Shown: positions 23,780-32,554, numbered from the stretch's first letter. The stretch: DNA of 46,099 nt from Betaproteobacteria bacterium (GCA_005888865.1 VBCL01000119.1:1-46099); one strand, 5' to 3'. A program made the numbers and translations. Notes: generated by a model not told the origin, from the letters alone.

Positions 23780-26428
23780 TCAAGCGGCAACGACCCCCAG
23801 CGCGCGCCGCGCGATGTCAAGTTGTTCGGTGGCGTGCCGCACCGCATCGCAGCCTGCCGTAGGCGCCATCGCCGAGCGGCCTGAATAAGACAGCATCGCG
23901 CCCGGCGGCGCAGCGGCTTCGAGCTGCTCGCGCAGCAGATACCACGCGCCGTGATTCTTGGCCTCCTCCTGCGCCCATACGACCTCGCGCAGCCGGCGAA
24001 ACCGTCCCAGCGTCTGCCGCAGAGCTTCGCCCGGAATCGGATAGAGCTGCTCCAACCTGAGGATGGGAACGTGCTTCAGGCCGGCCTCGAGCCGCAAGCT
24101 CGCGATATCGTAGTAAAGCTTGCCACTGGTGACGACCACGCGTGTGACCGCCTCCGCATCGATCTCGCTGCCCTCGCCGAGCAACGGCTGGAACGCGCCG
24201 TCGGCCAGTTCGGCGAAGCGCGAAAACGACGCCTGCTGGGCGTAGAGCGACCACTTCGGCGTCATCACGATGAGCGGCTTGCGCCGAGCCGTGAGCGCCT
24301 GGCGGCGCAGCAGGTGATAGAGCTGCGCGGCGGTCGACGGCATCGCGACCTGGAGATTATCGTCGGCGCAGAGCTGCAGGAACCGACCGAGATACGCGCT
24401 GGAATGCTCCGACCCGGTGCCCTCGTAGCCATGCGGGAGCAAGGCGACCAACCCGCTCTGGTAACCCCACTTGGCCTCGCCCGTTGCGATGAACTGGTCG
24501 ATGATCACCTGCGCGTTGTTAACGAAGTCGCCGAACTGCGCTTCCCAGAGCACGAGATCGCGGCCGCCGCGGAGCGTGTAGCCGTATTCGAAACCGAGGA
24601 CGGCTTCCTCCGACAGCACCGATTCGAAGATTGAAAAGTGCCCCTGTCCCGGCGCGATGTGGCGCAGCGGAACGTAGAGGTTTTGCCAGTCGATCTCTGC
24701 AGCCTGGTCGTGCCATACGTGCTGCCGATGAAAAAAACTTCCCCGACCGACGTCGAGACCCGTCAACCTGACGTTGAATCCATTCGCCAGCAGACTGCCA
24801 TAGGCGAGGTTTTCGGCGAGATGCCAATCGACCGGACCATCCTCGTCGACCGCCTTGCGCCATCCGTCGAGCAGTGCCTGGATCCCGGCGTGCAAGGCGA
24901 ACCCTCGAGGGACAGCCATAATGTGGTGAGCGATGTTGCGCAGTTCCGCCGCCGGAACGGCGGTATGGACGGGCCCGCCGTCTTGCCCCGCTCGCCGACT
25001 CGTCGCTGCCGTCGTCCTTGCCGGTAGCGGGGTTGACCCCGCCGCCGACAACGCGGACAGCGCACCGGCCTTGAGGTCATCGAGCGCCCGCGCGCCGTCG
25101 ACGCCGCGCGATGCGAGCTCGGCGGCGTAGAGGTCGACGACGCTTCGATGATTCCGGATCTTCCTCTGCGTCGCCGGCCGGGTCATGGTCGGGTCGTCGC
25201 CGCCGAAGTGCCCAGGACGTCGGTAGCTGACGTGGTCGACGACGACGTCGGCGCCGAAGCGCACCCGGAATTCCGTCGCCACCCGCGCGGCCGCCACGAC
25301 CGCTTCCGGATCGTCTCCGTTGACGTGCAGGATCGGAGCGTCGAAGGCGCGTGCGACATCGGCGCAATACAGCGTCGATCGCTGGTCCCGAGGATGCGAC
25401 ACCGTCGAGCCGATCTGATTGTTCAGGATGAGATGCAGCGTTCCGCCGACCCCGTAGCCACGCGTCTGCGCCAGGTTGAGTGTTTCGGCCACTATGCCTT
25501 GGCCGGAGAACGAGGCGTCGCCGTGAACAAGAACGGGCAGCACCTTTCGGCTGGAACCGTCCGCCTTGCGATCCTGCAGTGCGCGGCTCATGCCGCAGAC
25601 CACCGGCGAGACCGCCTCCAGGTGCGATGGGTTATGGAGCAGCACGAGCTCGATTTCGCCGTCGCCGGTTCGCTTCCGCATCGAACAGCCCAGGTGATCC
25701 TTGAGATCCTCCGCAGCCAACGAGGGATCCGGTCGCCCTGAGAAAAGCGAAAAGAGTCGCGCGGGTGGAAGCTCGAAAACATTCGCGACGACGTTCAACC
25801 GGCCGCGATGCGGCATACCCAACACCAGCTCTTCGACACCTTGCTCCGCGGCGGTCTCGACGACCGCCTCGAGCAGCGGCACGAAGCTCTCGCTTCCTTC
25901 GAGGCTGTATTGCTTGTGCTTCGGATACGTGGCGCGCTGGTAGTGCTCGAAGGCTTCGGCGGCGACGAGCGAGGCGAGCACACGCATGGCTTCGGCGTCG
26001 CTCAATCGCGCCGTCCCGCCCAACGCCTCCATCCGCGCCCACAACCATCGCTGCTGTTCCTCGGCACGCACGTGCCCGCACTCGAGCGTGAGCGAACCGC
26101 AGTAGCTCGCCTGCAGGCGAGCGAGCAACTCCGACAGCGTGCAGGTTGTCGCGCTGCCAGCAAGCTCGATTGGATACGCGAGCGAATCGTCGAGCAGAAG
26201 CCCGTAGTACCGCGGATCCAACTCGGCGATGCGCGAGAAATGCGCGGATCTCGCCGCCAGCGGATCGATCGACGCCGCGCGATATCCATGGGCGCGGTAG
26301 CCCGCGACCAGCGCTGCGGCCGCGTAAGCGAATTCGTCGTGCTCCGTCCCGGCCAGCGGCAGATTCGCTCGCTTGGGGAATTCCGGCAGCGGTTCGGGCA
26401 CGGGCGAGAGCGGGCGCATAAGCGGCAT
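23780..26428 (-). CDS. 2-oxoglutarate dehydrogenase E1 component-like (SucA family) protein, with no adjacent E2/E3 genes
   Basis: 882 aa. ...GYRAHGYRAASIDPL..., YCGSLTLECGH, LEGSESFVPLL, GMPHRGRLNV, HGDASFSGQG, NNQIG, LPHGYEGTGSEHSS and QEEAKNHGAW all match the SucA/KGD layout. Confidence 0.88.
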   Translation of the reverse strand: MPLMRPLSPVPEPLPEFPKRANLPLAGTEHDEFAYAAAALVAGYRAHGYRAASIDPLAARSAHFSRIAELDPRYYGLLLDDSLAYPIELAGSATTCTLSELLARLQASYCGSLTLECGHVRAEEQQRWLWARMEALGGTARLSDAEAMRVLASLVAAEAFEHYQRATYPKHKQYSLEGSESFVPLLEAVVETAAEQGVEELVLGMPHRGRLNVVANVFELPPARLFSLFSGRPDPSLAAEDLKDHLGCSMRKRTGDGEIELVLLHNPSHLEAVSPVVCGMSRALQDRKADGSSRKVLPVLVHGDASFSGQGIVAETLNLAQTRGYGVGGTLHLILNNQIGSTVSHPRDQRSTLYCADVARAFDAPILHVNGDDPEAVVAAARVATEFRVRFGADVVVDHVSYRRPGHFGGDDPTMTRPATQRKIRNHRSVVDLYAAELASRGVDGARALDDLKAGALSALSAAGSTPLPARTTAATSRRAGQDGGPVHTAVPAAELRNIAHHIMAVPRGFALHAGIQALLDGWRKAVDEDGPVDWHLAENLAYGSLLANGFNVRLTGLDVGRGSFFHRQHVWHDQAAEIDWQNLYVPLRHIAPGQGHFSIFESVLSEEAVLGFEYGYTLRGGRDLVLWEAQFGDFVNNAQVIIDQFIATGEAKWGYQSGLVALLPHGYEGTGSEHSSAYLGRFLQLCADDNLQVAMPSTAAQLYHLLRRQALTARRKPLIVMTPKWSLYAQQASFSRFAELADGAFQPLLGEGSEIDAEAVTRVVVTSGKLYYDIASLRLEAGLKHVPILRLEQLYPIPGEALRQTLGRFRRLREVVWAQEEAKNHGAWYLLREQLEAAAPPGAMLSYSGRSAMAPTAGCDAVRHATEQLDIARRALGVVAA

Positions 26429-26777
26429 CAGGGCCTCCGGGGAACGCAGCCAGCGCGCACGGGGCGCAGCATGGGAAACGCACTATTCAAGGTGGTCCTC
26501 GCGCGTTTGTAGTCAGCAAACGAGGGGGAAATCACCGGACGTGTTCGGTGACGCTTCGTGGATACCTGGCCGTCTGGCAGCCTTGTTTCCCTCTGCGCAA
26601 CGGTCACGGCCGTAATATCTACCACCACTTGGACAGGGGCAACCTTTTTTAGTAAGTAGGCTACAATCTATCCAAGGAAGAACAGCCGGCTTTGATCCAG
26701 ATCAAACTGGATCGACCGAGAAATCGAGACGGAGGGTCCCCCGGCGGAGAGCGCGCCCTCCGCAACAAAGAGGTTTC

Positions 26778-27962
26778 TTACAGGCGGTGTGCGCGGTCGC
26801 CGTCCCGGAAGCCGATGAGGTCCGGCTCGATGCCGCGCGTCAAGGCCAGCACCTTGATGAGCTCGCCCATCTCCGCAGGCGAGGTGAGTTTCTGCACGGC
26901 GTTGGCGGCGCGCAGGTACGCGGCCGATTGCGGATCGCCTCGAGCGCCCAACGCGTCGAGCACGCCGCAATTGACGAGAAACTGGGCCTGCGTGGCAAAG
27001 CCGGCAACCGTCAAGCCCGAAGCCACGCCGGCGCGCGCCATGGCGCTGAAGTCGACGTGCGCGGTCAGGTCGGCCAGGCCGGGACGGAACAACGGATCGG
27101 TAAGCGCCCGGTGACGATAGTGAACCATGAGCGTTCCCTGATCGCGTTGCGGGTGGTAGTACTCGGCCGCAGGAAAGCCATAGTCGATGAGCAGCATGAT
27201 GCCTTGCTCGCAGCGTTGCGCGAGGCTCGCCACCAGCGCTTCGGCAACCGGGTTCAGCTCCGAGACGTAATCGCCGACCGCGGGAAAGCGCGTTCGCGCC
27301 CGCTCGTGCAGGCCGACCGAGGCGAGCGCGCGATCGGCGAGGGTCAGGTCGCCGGCGGCATCGAAGGTCACGCCGCGTTCGAGCACGTCGCTCCCCCGCC
27401 GGACGATGAGATGCACAGGAAGCGCGTCGAGCACTTCGTTGACGATGATGGCACCGCGCCAGCATTCCGGGAGCCTGTCGATCCATTCGACCCGGGCCCG
27501 ATGATCGGGCAGCGCGGCCGAGATATGTTCGCGCTGCCGCTCGCGCAGCTCGGGGCTAACCTCGAGCAGCCGATAGCGCGCGGGCAAGGCATTCTGCTCC
27601 GCGAGTGCTGCGAGCACGTCCACGCAAAGACGTCCCGAGCCCGGGCCCAGCTCGATGATCTCGGAATCCCGAATCTCCGCGATCACCTGCGCAAGCTGGC
27701 GCGCCAGCGTCTGCCCGAACAACGGGGTAAGCTCGGGCGCGGTCACGAAATCGCCTTCAGCGCCGAACTTGCGCGCTCCGGCGGCGTAATAGCCAAGGCC
27801 CGGCGCGTAGAGGACCGCGTTCATGTAATCGGCGAACGGGATCCAGCCGCCGGCTTCGGCGATTTCGCGCCTGAGATAGGCGAGCACCCGTTCACCGTGC
27901 AGGCGTTCATCCGCCGACGGTGGCGGCGGGCCGCCGGACGCATCGGGTGGAGCCGGGAACAT
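26778..27962 (-). CDS. Class I SAM-dependent methyltransferase, MidA/NDUFAF7 (DUF185) family
   Basis: ...IPFADYMNAVLYAPGLGYYAAG..KFGAEGDFVTAPE...IIELGPGSG... are family hallmarks. 394 aa with an ATG start. Confidence 0.85.
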   Translation of the reverse strand: MFPAPPDASGGPPPPSADERLHGERVLAYLRREIAEAGGWIPFADYMNAVLYAPGLGYYAAGARKFGAEGDFVTAPELTPLFGQTLARQLAQVIAEIRDSEIIELGPGSGRLCVDVLAALAEQNALPARYRLLEVSPELRERQREHISAALPDHRARVEWIDRLPECWRGAIIVNEVLDALPVHLIVRRGSDVLERGVTFDAAGDLTLADRALASVGLHERARTRFPAVGDYVSELNPVAEALVASLAQRCEQGIMLLIDYGFPAAEYYHPQRDQGTLMVHYRHRALTDPLFRPGLADLTAHVDFSAMARAGVASGLTVAGFATQAQFLVNCGVLDALGARGDPQSAAYLRAANAVQKLTSPAEMGELIKVLALTRGIEPDLIGFRDGDRAHRL

Positions 27963-28009
27963 CGATGTGCTAGATTGGCAGGTCCAGGGGAGTGTAGCCG
28001 GAGCGCTGC

Positions 28010-28747
28010 GTGCAAGGCAAAGTCGTGCTGATCACGGGAGGGGCCAAGCGCGTCGGGGCCACGATCTGCCGTCGCTTGCATGCGGCTGGCGCCAACCTGA
28101 TGCTGCACTATCGCGCCTCCGCCGGAGAGGCGCGACTCCTTCAAGCCGAGCTCAATCACCAGCGCAGGGACTCGGTCGCGCTGATCCAGGCGGATCTGCT
28201 CGATCTCGGCAAGCTGCCGTCGCTGATCGACCAGACGGTGCAGACCTTCGGCCGCCTCGACGCGCTCATCAACAACGCCGCGACGTTCTATCAGACGCCC
28301 GTCGGTGAGATCACCGCCGAGGACTGGGAGAACCTGATCGGCGCCGATCTGCGCGCGCCTCTTTTCATCGCCCAGGCCGCGGCACCCGCGCTCAGGAAGT
28401 CGCAGGGCGCGATCATCAACATCACCGATATCCACGCCGAGCGGCCGCTCAAGAACTACGTCCTCTACAGCATCGCCAAGGCCGGGCTGGTCGGGCTCAC
28501 CCGCTCGCTGGCGCGCGAGCTCGCGCCGGAGGTCCGCGTCAATGCCGTGGCACCCGGGCCGATTCTCTGGCCCGACGACGACGCCTTCGACGAGCTGTCG
28601 CGGCAACGGATCATTTCGCACACTCCGCTCAAGCGCGAGGGCACCCCGGACGACATCGCCAAGGCGGTGCTCTTCCTGCTCGTCGAAGCCACCTACGTCA
28701 CCGGCGAGACCATCAACGTCGATGGCGGGAGACACGTAGCGCTGTGA
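28010..28747 (+). CDS. Short-chain dehydrogenase/reductase, pteridine reductase (FolM/PTR1-like)
   Basis: GTG start. VLITGGAKRVG (TGxxxRxG variant typical of pteridine reductases), NNAA, YSIAK (YxxxK). Confidence 0.82.
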   Translation: MQGKVVLITGGAKRVGATICRRLHAAGANLMLHYRASAGEARLLQAELNHQRRDSVALIQADLLDLGKLPSLIDQTVQTFGRLDALINNAATFYQTPVGEITAEDWENLIGADLRAPLFIAQAAAPALRKSQGAIINITDIHAERPLKNYVLYSIAKAGLVGLTRSLARELAPEVRVNAVAPGPILWPDDDAFDELSRQRIISHTPLKREGTPDDIAKAVLFLLVEATYVTGETINVDGGRHVAL

Positions 28748-28960
28748 GCAGCGAGAGGGGACCCGCGAATGAAATGAGCGGGGGTCGAGCGGGAGCGAGT
28801 GGCGGCGTGGGCCCGCAGCGAGGGCCCCCACGCGAAGCGTGGGGATCGCGCGAGGCGAATCGCCGCAGCGACCGACGCGCAACGTAGCGTTCCGCTGCTC
28901 GCGCGCAAAGAGGTCAGCGCTGGGCGCCGACACGCAAGCTCCCACGAACTATGCGGGCGC
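28748..28960. repeat. GC-rich intergenic repeat/hairpin block related to the 13.5-kb and 7.1-kb repeats
   Basis: Recurring GCAGCGAG(A/G)GG motifs. GACCCGCGAA and GAGCGAGTGGCGG are similar to the 13.5-kb block. Hairpins CCCCACGC-GAA-GCGTGGGG (28826-28844) and GGCG-AAT-CGCC. Confidence 0.45.
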
Positions 28961-29000
28961 AAGGAGGCGGCGCTATAGGGACGGCGCTCGATCTATCGCG

Positions 29001-29693
29001 TCACGCCTCGGGCCCCGCGGCGCTCATCACCGGAGTGCGCCGGCGCTTCGCGACCAACCTCACCAGCCGTTCGAGATACGGATCGACAATGCCGTGCGTA
29101 ACCAGGGCGATGCGCGTGCGCTCGAGATAATCCGCCGAAGAGCCGAACGCGCCGCAGGCGGTAGCGATGACGTCGGCCTGCTCGCTCAAGCTGAGCTTGC
29201 CGGCGTATTGCCGGTGGGCGCGATCGACGACGAAGGCGAGCGCGACCAGCAGCTTGCCCGCGCTGCGCAAGTTCACCCATAGAGGGTGGTAGGCGCCGAG
29301 CACCATTTCCCGCCGCCACAAGAGCTCGAGTTCCGCGTGCGCGCTGCGCGCCGGCAGCCGATAGGCAACGCCCTGGCAGGAACCGCCGCGATCCAGCCCC
29401 AACACGAGCCCGGGTTGATTGCAGGTGCCGCGCGAGGCGAGCGACCAGAGGCAGAACCGTCGGTGACGCCCGCTCAAGGTCGCCGGCCGCGCATCCTCGA
29501 ACGGGAACAGCGGATTCCACAACAGCGATCCGTACGCAAACACCCACCACTCGGAGGCCGCCGGCTTGACCTCCAGCGTCGCGGCGAGCGAAGAGGCGAG
29601 CTGCTCGTCGGTGAGCGGATGGCGCGGATCGACCGCCTCCATGTACACCGCGCGCATGCGGCCTTCCTCGAGGTCTCGGCGCGAGAGCGTCAT
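29001..29693 (-). CDS. chaC: ChaC-like glutathione-specific gamma-glutamylcyclotransferase
   Basis: The start MTLSRRDLEEG... at ATG 29693 is preferred. WVFAYGSLLWNP, ...LVLGLDRGGSCQGVAYRL... and ...REM..GAY.P.WV are family motifs. The upstream part of ORF 29001..30059 has poor third-position GC and is rejected. Confidence 0.85.
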   Translation of the reverse strand: MTLSRRDLEEGRMRAVYMEAVDPRHPLTDEQLASSLAATLEVKPAASEWWVFAYGSLLWNPLFPFEDARPATLSGRHRRFCLWSLASRGTCNQPGLVLGLDRGGSCQGVAYRLPARSAHAELELLWRREMVLGAYHPLWVNLRSAGKLLVALAFVVDRAHRQYAGKLSLSEQADVIATACGAFGSSADYLERTRIALVTHGIVDPYLERLVRLVAKRRRTPVMSAAGPEA

Positions 29694-29854
29694 GGCTCCA
29701 GTTTCCCTTCGCGTACGAGCTTCTGCAACTCGACCTTCTCCCGCCGGCGCTTGGCGGCCGTGGTTTTGCCGTGCGCGCCACCCTTGGCGAGCAGCGGCGA
29801 GCGCGCAACCGGATTGCGCGGCTTGGGTGGGGGATGCTTTTTGGCCCGCTTCAA
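29690..29854 (-). CDS. Candidate small basic protein (54 aa), not in the supplied ORF track (below its size cutoff)
   Basis: My translation: (TTG)M-KRAKKHPPPKPRNPVARSPLLAKGGAHGKTTAAKRRREKVELQKLVREGKLEP*. About 80% G/C at third positions (43/54), versus about 50% in the competing frame. The TTG start overlaps the hemW stop (GCTTGAAG) and its TGA overlaps the chaC ATG (CCATGACG). Confidence 0.45.
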   Translation of the reverse strand: MKRAKKHPPPKPRNPVARSPLLAKGGAHGKTTAAKRRREKVELQKLVREGKLEP

Positions 29855-31089
29855 GCCGGACCTGTGAGCGGAACGGCCGCCGGCTGCGCCCCGCGGGGCG
29901 GATCGTCGCGCAGGAAGATTGCCTGCAGATCGTTGAGAAAGCGCCGCCCCAATGGCGTCGGCTTGATGCGCTCATGATCGCGGACGAGGAGCCCGCGCTG
30001 TTCCGCCTCGTCGAGCTCCTTGCGCACGATCGTCGGCGGAAACCCGGTGCGCTCGGCAAAAAGCGCCAGGGGTACGCCGTCGGTCAGCCGCAGAGCGTTG
30101 AGCATGAACTCGAAGCCGATCTCGCCGCGGGTGACTTCGCGCTCTTCGAGCAGCGGTTCGCCGCGCGCCATGCGCTCGAGATATTGCTGCGGCTGCTTGT
30201 GACGGACCTGGCGCACGATGCGTTCCGGGAACGACAGCTTGGAGTGCGCGCCGGCGCCGATGCCGAGATAATCGCCGAACCGCCAGTAATTGAGGTTGTG
30301 CCGGGATTCGCGGCCGGGTTTTGCGAACGCCGAGGTTTCGTAGTGCCCATATCCGGCGTCGGTCAGCGCGGATTCGACCGCGTCGGCAATGTCGGCCGCC
30401 TCATCCTCGTCGGGCAGCCGCGGCGGGTGACGGTGGAAGAGCGTATTTGGCTCGATGGTCAGATGGTAAAAAGAAAGATGCGGAGTCGCAAAAGCGAGCG
30501 CCTCGGCGACGTCGGCACGGGCTTCTTTCACCGTCTGCCCGGGTAGCGCGTACATGAGATCGAGATTGACGTTGCCGAAGATCTCGACCGCTGCGGCCGC
30601 CGCAATCCTGGCCTCGCGCTCGTCGTGCACCCGCCCGAGCGCACTCAAATGAACGGGGTTGAAGCTCTGCACGCCCAGCGACAGGCGATTGACGCCCGCA
30701 GCCCTGAAGCCGGCGAATTTCGCCTGTTCGAAGGTTCCAGGATTCGCCTCCAGTGTGATTTCCGCGTCCGGCGCCACTGTCACCCTCGCGCGAACCGCGG
30801 CGAGGATGCGATCGATCGCTTCGGGCGAGAACAGGCTGGGGGTCCCGCCGCCCAGGAACACCGACCCGATGCGACGGCCCCAGATCGACGGCAGCGCGAA
30901 CTCGAGATCGGCGATCAACGCCTCGACGTATTGCGCCTCCGGAACCTCGCCTCGCTTCTCGTGCGAGTTGAAGTCGCAATACGGGCACTTGCGGATGCAC
31001 CAGGGAATGTGAATGTACAGCGCGAGCGGCGGCGGCGCCGCGAAGTGCGGCGTCGAAGGCGGCGCGATCGAAGTGGTCGTCAGCGCCAC
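29851..31089 (-). CDS. hemW: Radical SAM family heme chaperone HemW (oxygen-independent coproporphyrinogen-III-oxidase-like, YggW)
   Basis: GTG start. LYIHIPWCIRKCPYCDFNS (CxxxCxxC), GGGTPSL. It lies directly downstream of rdgB, as in the conserved rph-rdgB-yggW arrangement. Confidence 0.9.
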   Translation of the reverse strand: MALTTTSIAPPSTPHFAAPPPLALYIHIPWCIRKCPYCDFNSHEKRGEVPEAQYVEALIADLEFALPSIWGRRIGSVFLGGGTPSLFSPEAIDRILAAVRARVTVAPDAEITLEANPGTFEQAKFAGFRAAGVNRLSLGVQSFNPVHLSALGRVHDEREARIAAAAAVEIFGNVNLDLMYALPGQTVKEARADVAEALAFATPHLSFYHLTIEPNTLFHRHPPRLPDEDEAADIADAVESALTDAGYGHYETSAFAKPGRESRHNLNYWRFGDYLGIGAGAHSKLSFPERIVRQVRHKQPQQYLERMARGEPLLEEREVTRGEIGFEFMLNALRLTDGVPLALFAERTGFPPTIVRKELDEAEQRGLLVRDHERIKPTPLGRRFLNDLQAIFLRDDPPRGAQPAAVPLTGPA

Positions 31090-31092
31090 CGG

Positions 31093-31692
31093 CTACGTTT
31101 CCTGTCCAAGCCGCGCGATAAGTGCCCGCATCGCCTTGCCCCGATGCGACCGCGCGTTTTTCTGCTCCGGAGGCAGCTCGGCGCCGGTCAGTCCGCTTTC
31201 GAGGTCGAGGAAGAAGGGATCGTAGCCGAAGCCACCGCTGCCGCGAGGGGCATCGATGATCGTGCCGTCCCAGCGCCCCTCGGCGAGGATCGGCGCCGGG
31301 TCTTCGCCGTGGCGCATGAGCGCCAGTACGCAGTAGTAGTGCGCGCGCCGATCGTCGATGCCGGCCAGATCCGCGATCAGCTTTTCATTGTTGCGCCGGT
31401 CCGATCGGGGCTCGCCGGCATAGCGCGCCGACTGCACGCCGGGCACACCGGAGAGCGCCGCGACGCACACGCCGGAGTCGTCCGCGAGCGCGGGCAGCCT
31501 GGAGATGCGGCTCGCGTGGCGAGCCTTGGCCAGCGCGTTCTCGACGAACGTCGGGTGCGGCTCGTCGGTTTCCGCGATCCCGAGCTCGCCTTGCGCGACG
31601 ACCTCGATTCCGAGCGGCTCGAGCAGTCGCCGGAATTCGCGCAGCTTCCCATCGTTGCCGGAAGCGAGCACCAGACGCGACAACGCAGCCAT
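31093..31692 (-). CDS. rdgB: dITP/XTP pyrophosphatase (RdgB/HAM1 family)
   Basis: MAALSRLVLASGNDGKLREF..., ...ADDSG..., ...GFGYDPFF..., ...SHRG.A. I prefer the ATG at 31692. Confidence 0.9.
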   Translation of the reverse strand: MAALSRLVLASGNDGKLREFRRLLEPLGIEVVAQGELGIAETDEPHPTFVENALAKARHASRISRLPALADDSGVCVAALSGVPGVQSARYAGEPRSDRRNNEKLIADLAGIDDRRAHYYCVLALMRHGEDPAPILAEGRWDGTIIDAPRGSGGFGYDPFFLDLESGLTGAELPPEQKNARSHRGKAMRALIARLGQET

Positions 31693-31703
31693 GCGATGCG
31701 TCC

Positions 31704-31772
31704 CCCTCACCCTCCCCTCTTCCCCGCACGCGGGAGAGAGGGTGCGCAAGCGAAGTGCAGCGCGGGTGAGGG
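31704..31772. mobile_element. Short palindromic MITE/REP-like element between rph and rdgB
   Basis: Terminal inverted repeats CCCTCACCC (31704-31712) and GGGTGAGGG (31764-31772), with an internal imperfect hairpin CCCTCTTCCCCGCACGCGGGAGAGAGGG. It occupies almost the whole 85-bp spacer. Confidence 0.6.
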
Positions 31773-31777
31773 AATCA

Positions 31778-32518
31778 TTACGTTTCCTGCGCGAGCGAGC
31801 GCTTCTGAGCCGCGATCAGCTCGCGAATGCCGCCCTCGGCGAGCGAGACGAGTCTGTCCATCTCGCCACGCGTGAACGGCGAGCCTTCCGCAGTGCCCTG
31901 AACTTCGACGAATCCTCCGCGTCCGGTCATGACGACGTTCATGTCCGTATCGCAGCCCGAGTCCTCGGCATAATCGAGATCGAGCGCGGCAACGCCGTCG
32001 ACCACGCCCACCGACACCGCGGCGACAAAGTCGGTGAGAGGCTCGCCGAGGACGAGGCCTTGCGCCCTGCACCACGCGATCGCGTCGTGAAGCGCCACGC
32101 ACGCGCCGGTGATCGACGCGCAGCGCGTGCCGCCATCGGCTTGGATCACGTCGCAATCGATGCGCAGTGTGCGTTCGCCGAGCGCCTTGAGATCGGTGAT
32201 CGCGCGCAAGCTCCTGCCGATCAGACGTTGAATCTCCTGCGTGCGGCCGGACTGCCGGCCTTCCGCCGCCTCGCGCCGCGTGCGGGTGTTGGTCGCGCGG
32301 GGCAGCATGCCGTACTCGGCGGTGATCCAGCCCTGCCCACGACCCCTGAGGAACGGCGGCACGTCGGGCTCGACACTGACGGTGCACATCACGCGGGTTT
32401 CGCCGCACTCGATCAGCACGGAACCCTCGGGATGACGCGTGTAATGACGACTGATGCGCACCGGTCGCAGCTCGTCGGTGCGGCGGCCGGAGGCGCGTGC
32501 GCTTGTTTTCTCGCTCAT
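31778..32518 (-). CDS. rph: Ribonuclease PH
   Basis: 246 aa. ...[10 protein letters not shown]..., [40 protein letters not shown] and [12 protein letters not shown] are canonical RNase PH sequences. Confidence 0.95.
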   Translation of the reverse strand: MSEKTSARASGRRTDELRPVRISRHYTRHPEGSVLIECGETRVMCTVSVEPDVPPFLRGRGQGWITAEYGMLPRATNTRTRREAAEGRQSGRTQEIQRLIGRSLRAITDLKALGERTLRIDCDVIQADGGTRCASITGACVALHDAIAWCRAQGLVLGEPLTDFVAAVSVGVVDGVAALDLDYAEDSGCDTDMNVVMTGRGGFVEVQGTAEGSPFTRGEMDRLVSLAEGGIRELIAAQKRSLAQET

Positions 32519-32554
32519 GGAAGAAGAATTATAGCGGCGCGTCCGGGAGAACCG

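Noticed and set aside
26690-26777. Possible TPP riboswitch. On the minus strand, UUUGAUCUGGAUCAAAGCCGGC faintly resembles the ACCUGAUCUGGAUAAUGCCAGCG core, and the downstream gene is a TPP enzyme.
   Set aside because: There is no CUGAGA box and no flanking P1-P3 architecture. The match is just a perfect DNA palindrome. The position (280 nt from the ATG, abutting the MidA stop) and the gene type (an enzyme using TPP, not thiamine synthesis or transport) do not fit.
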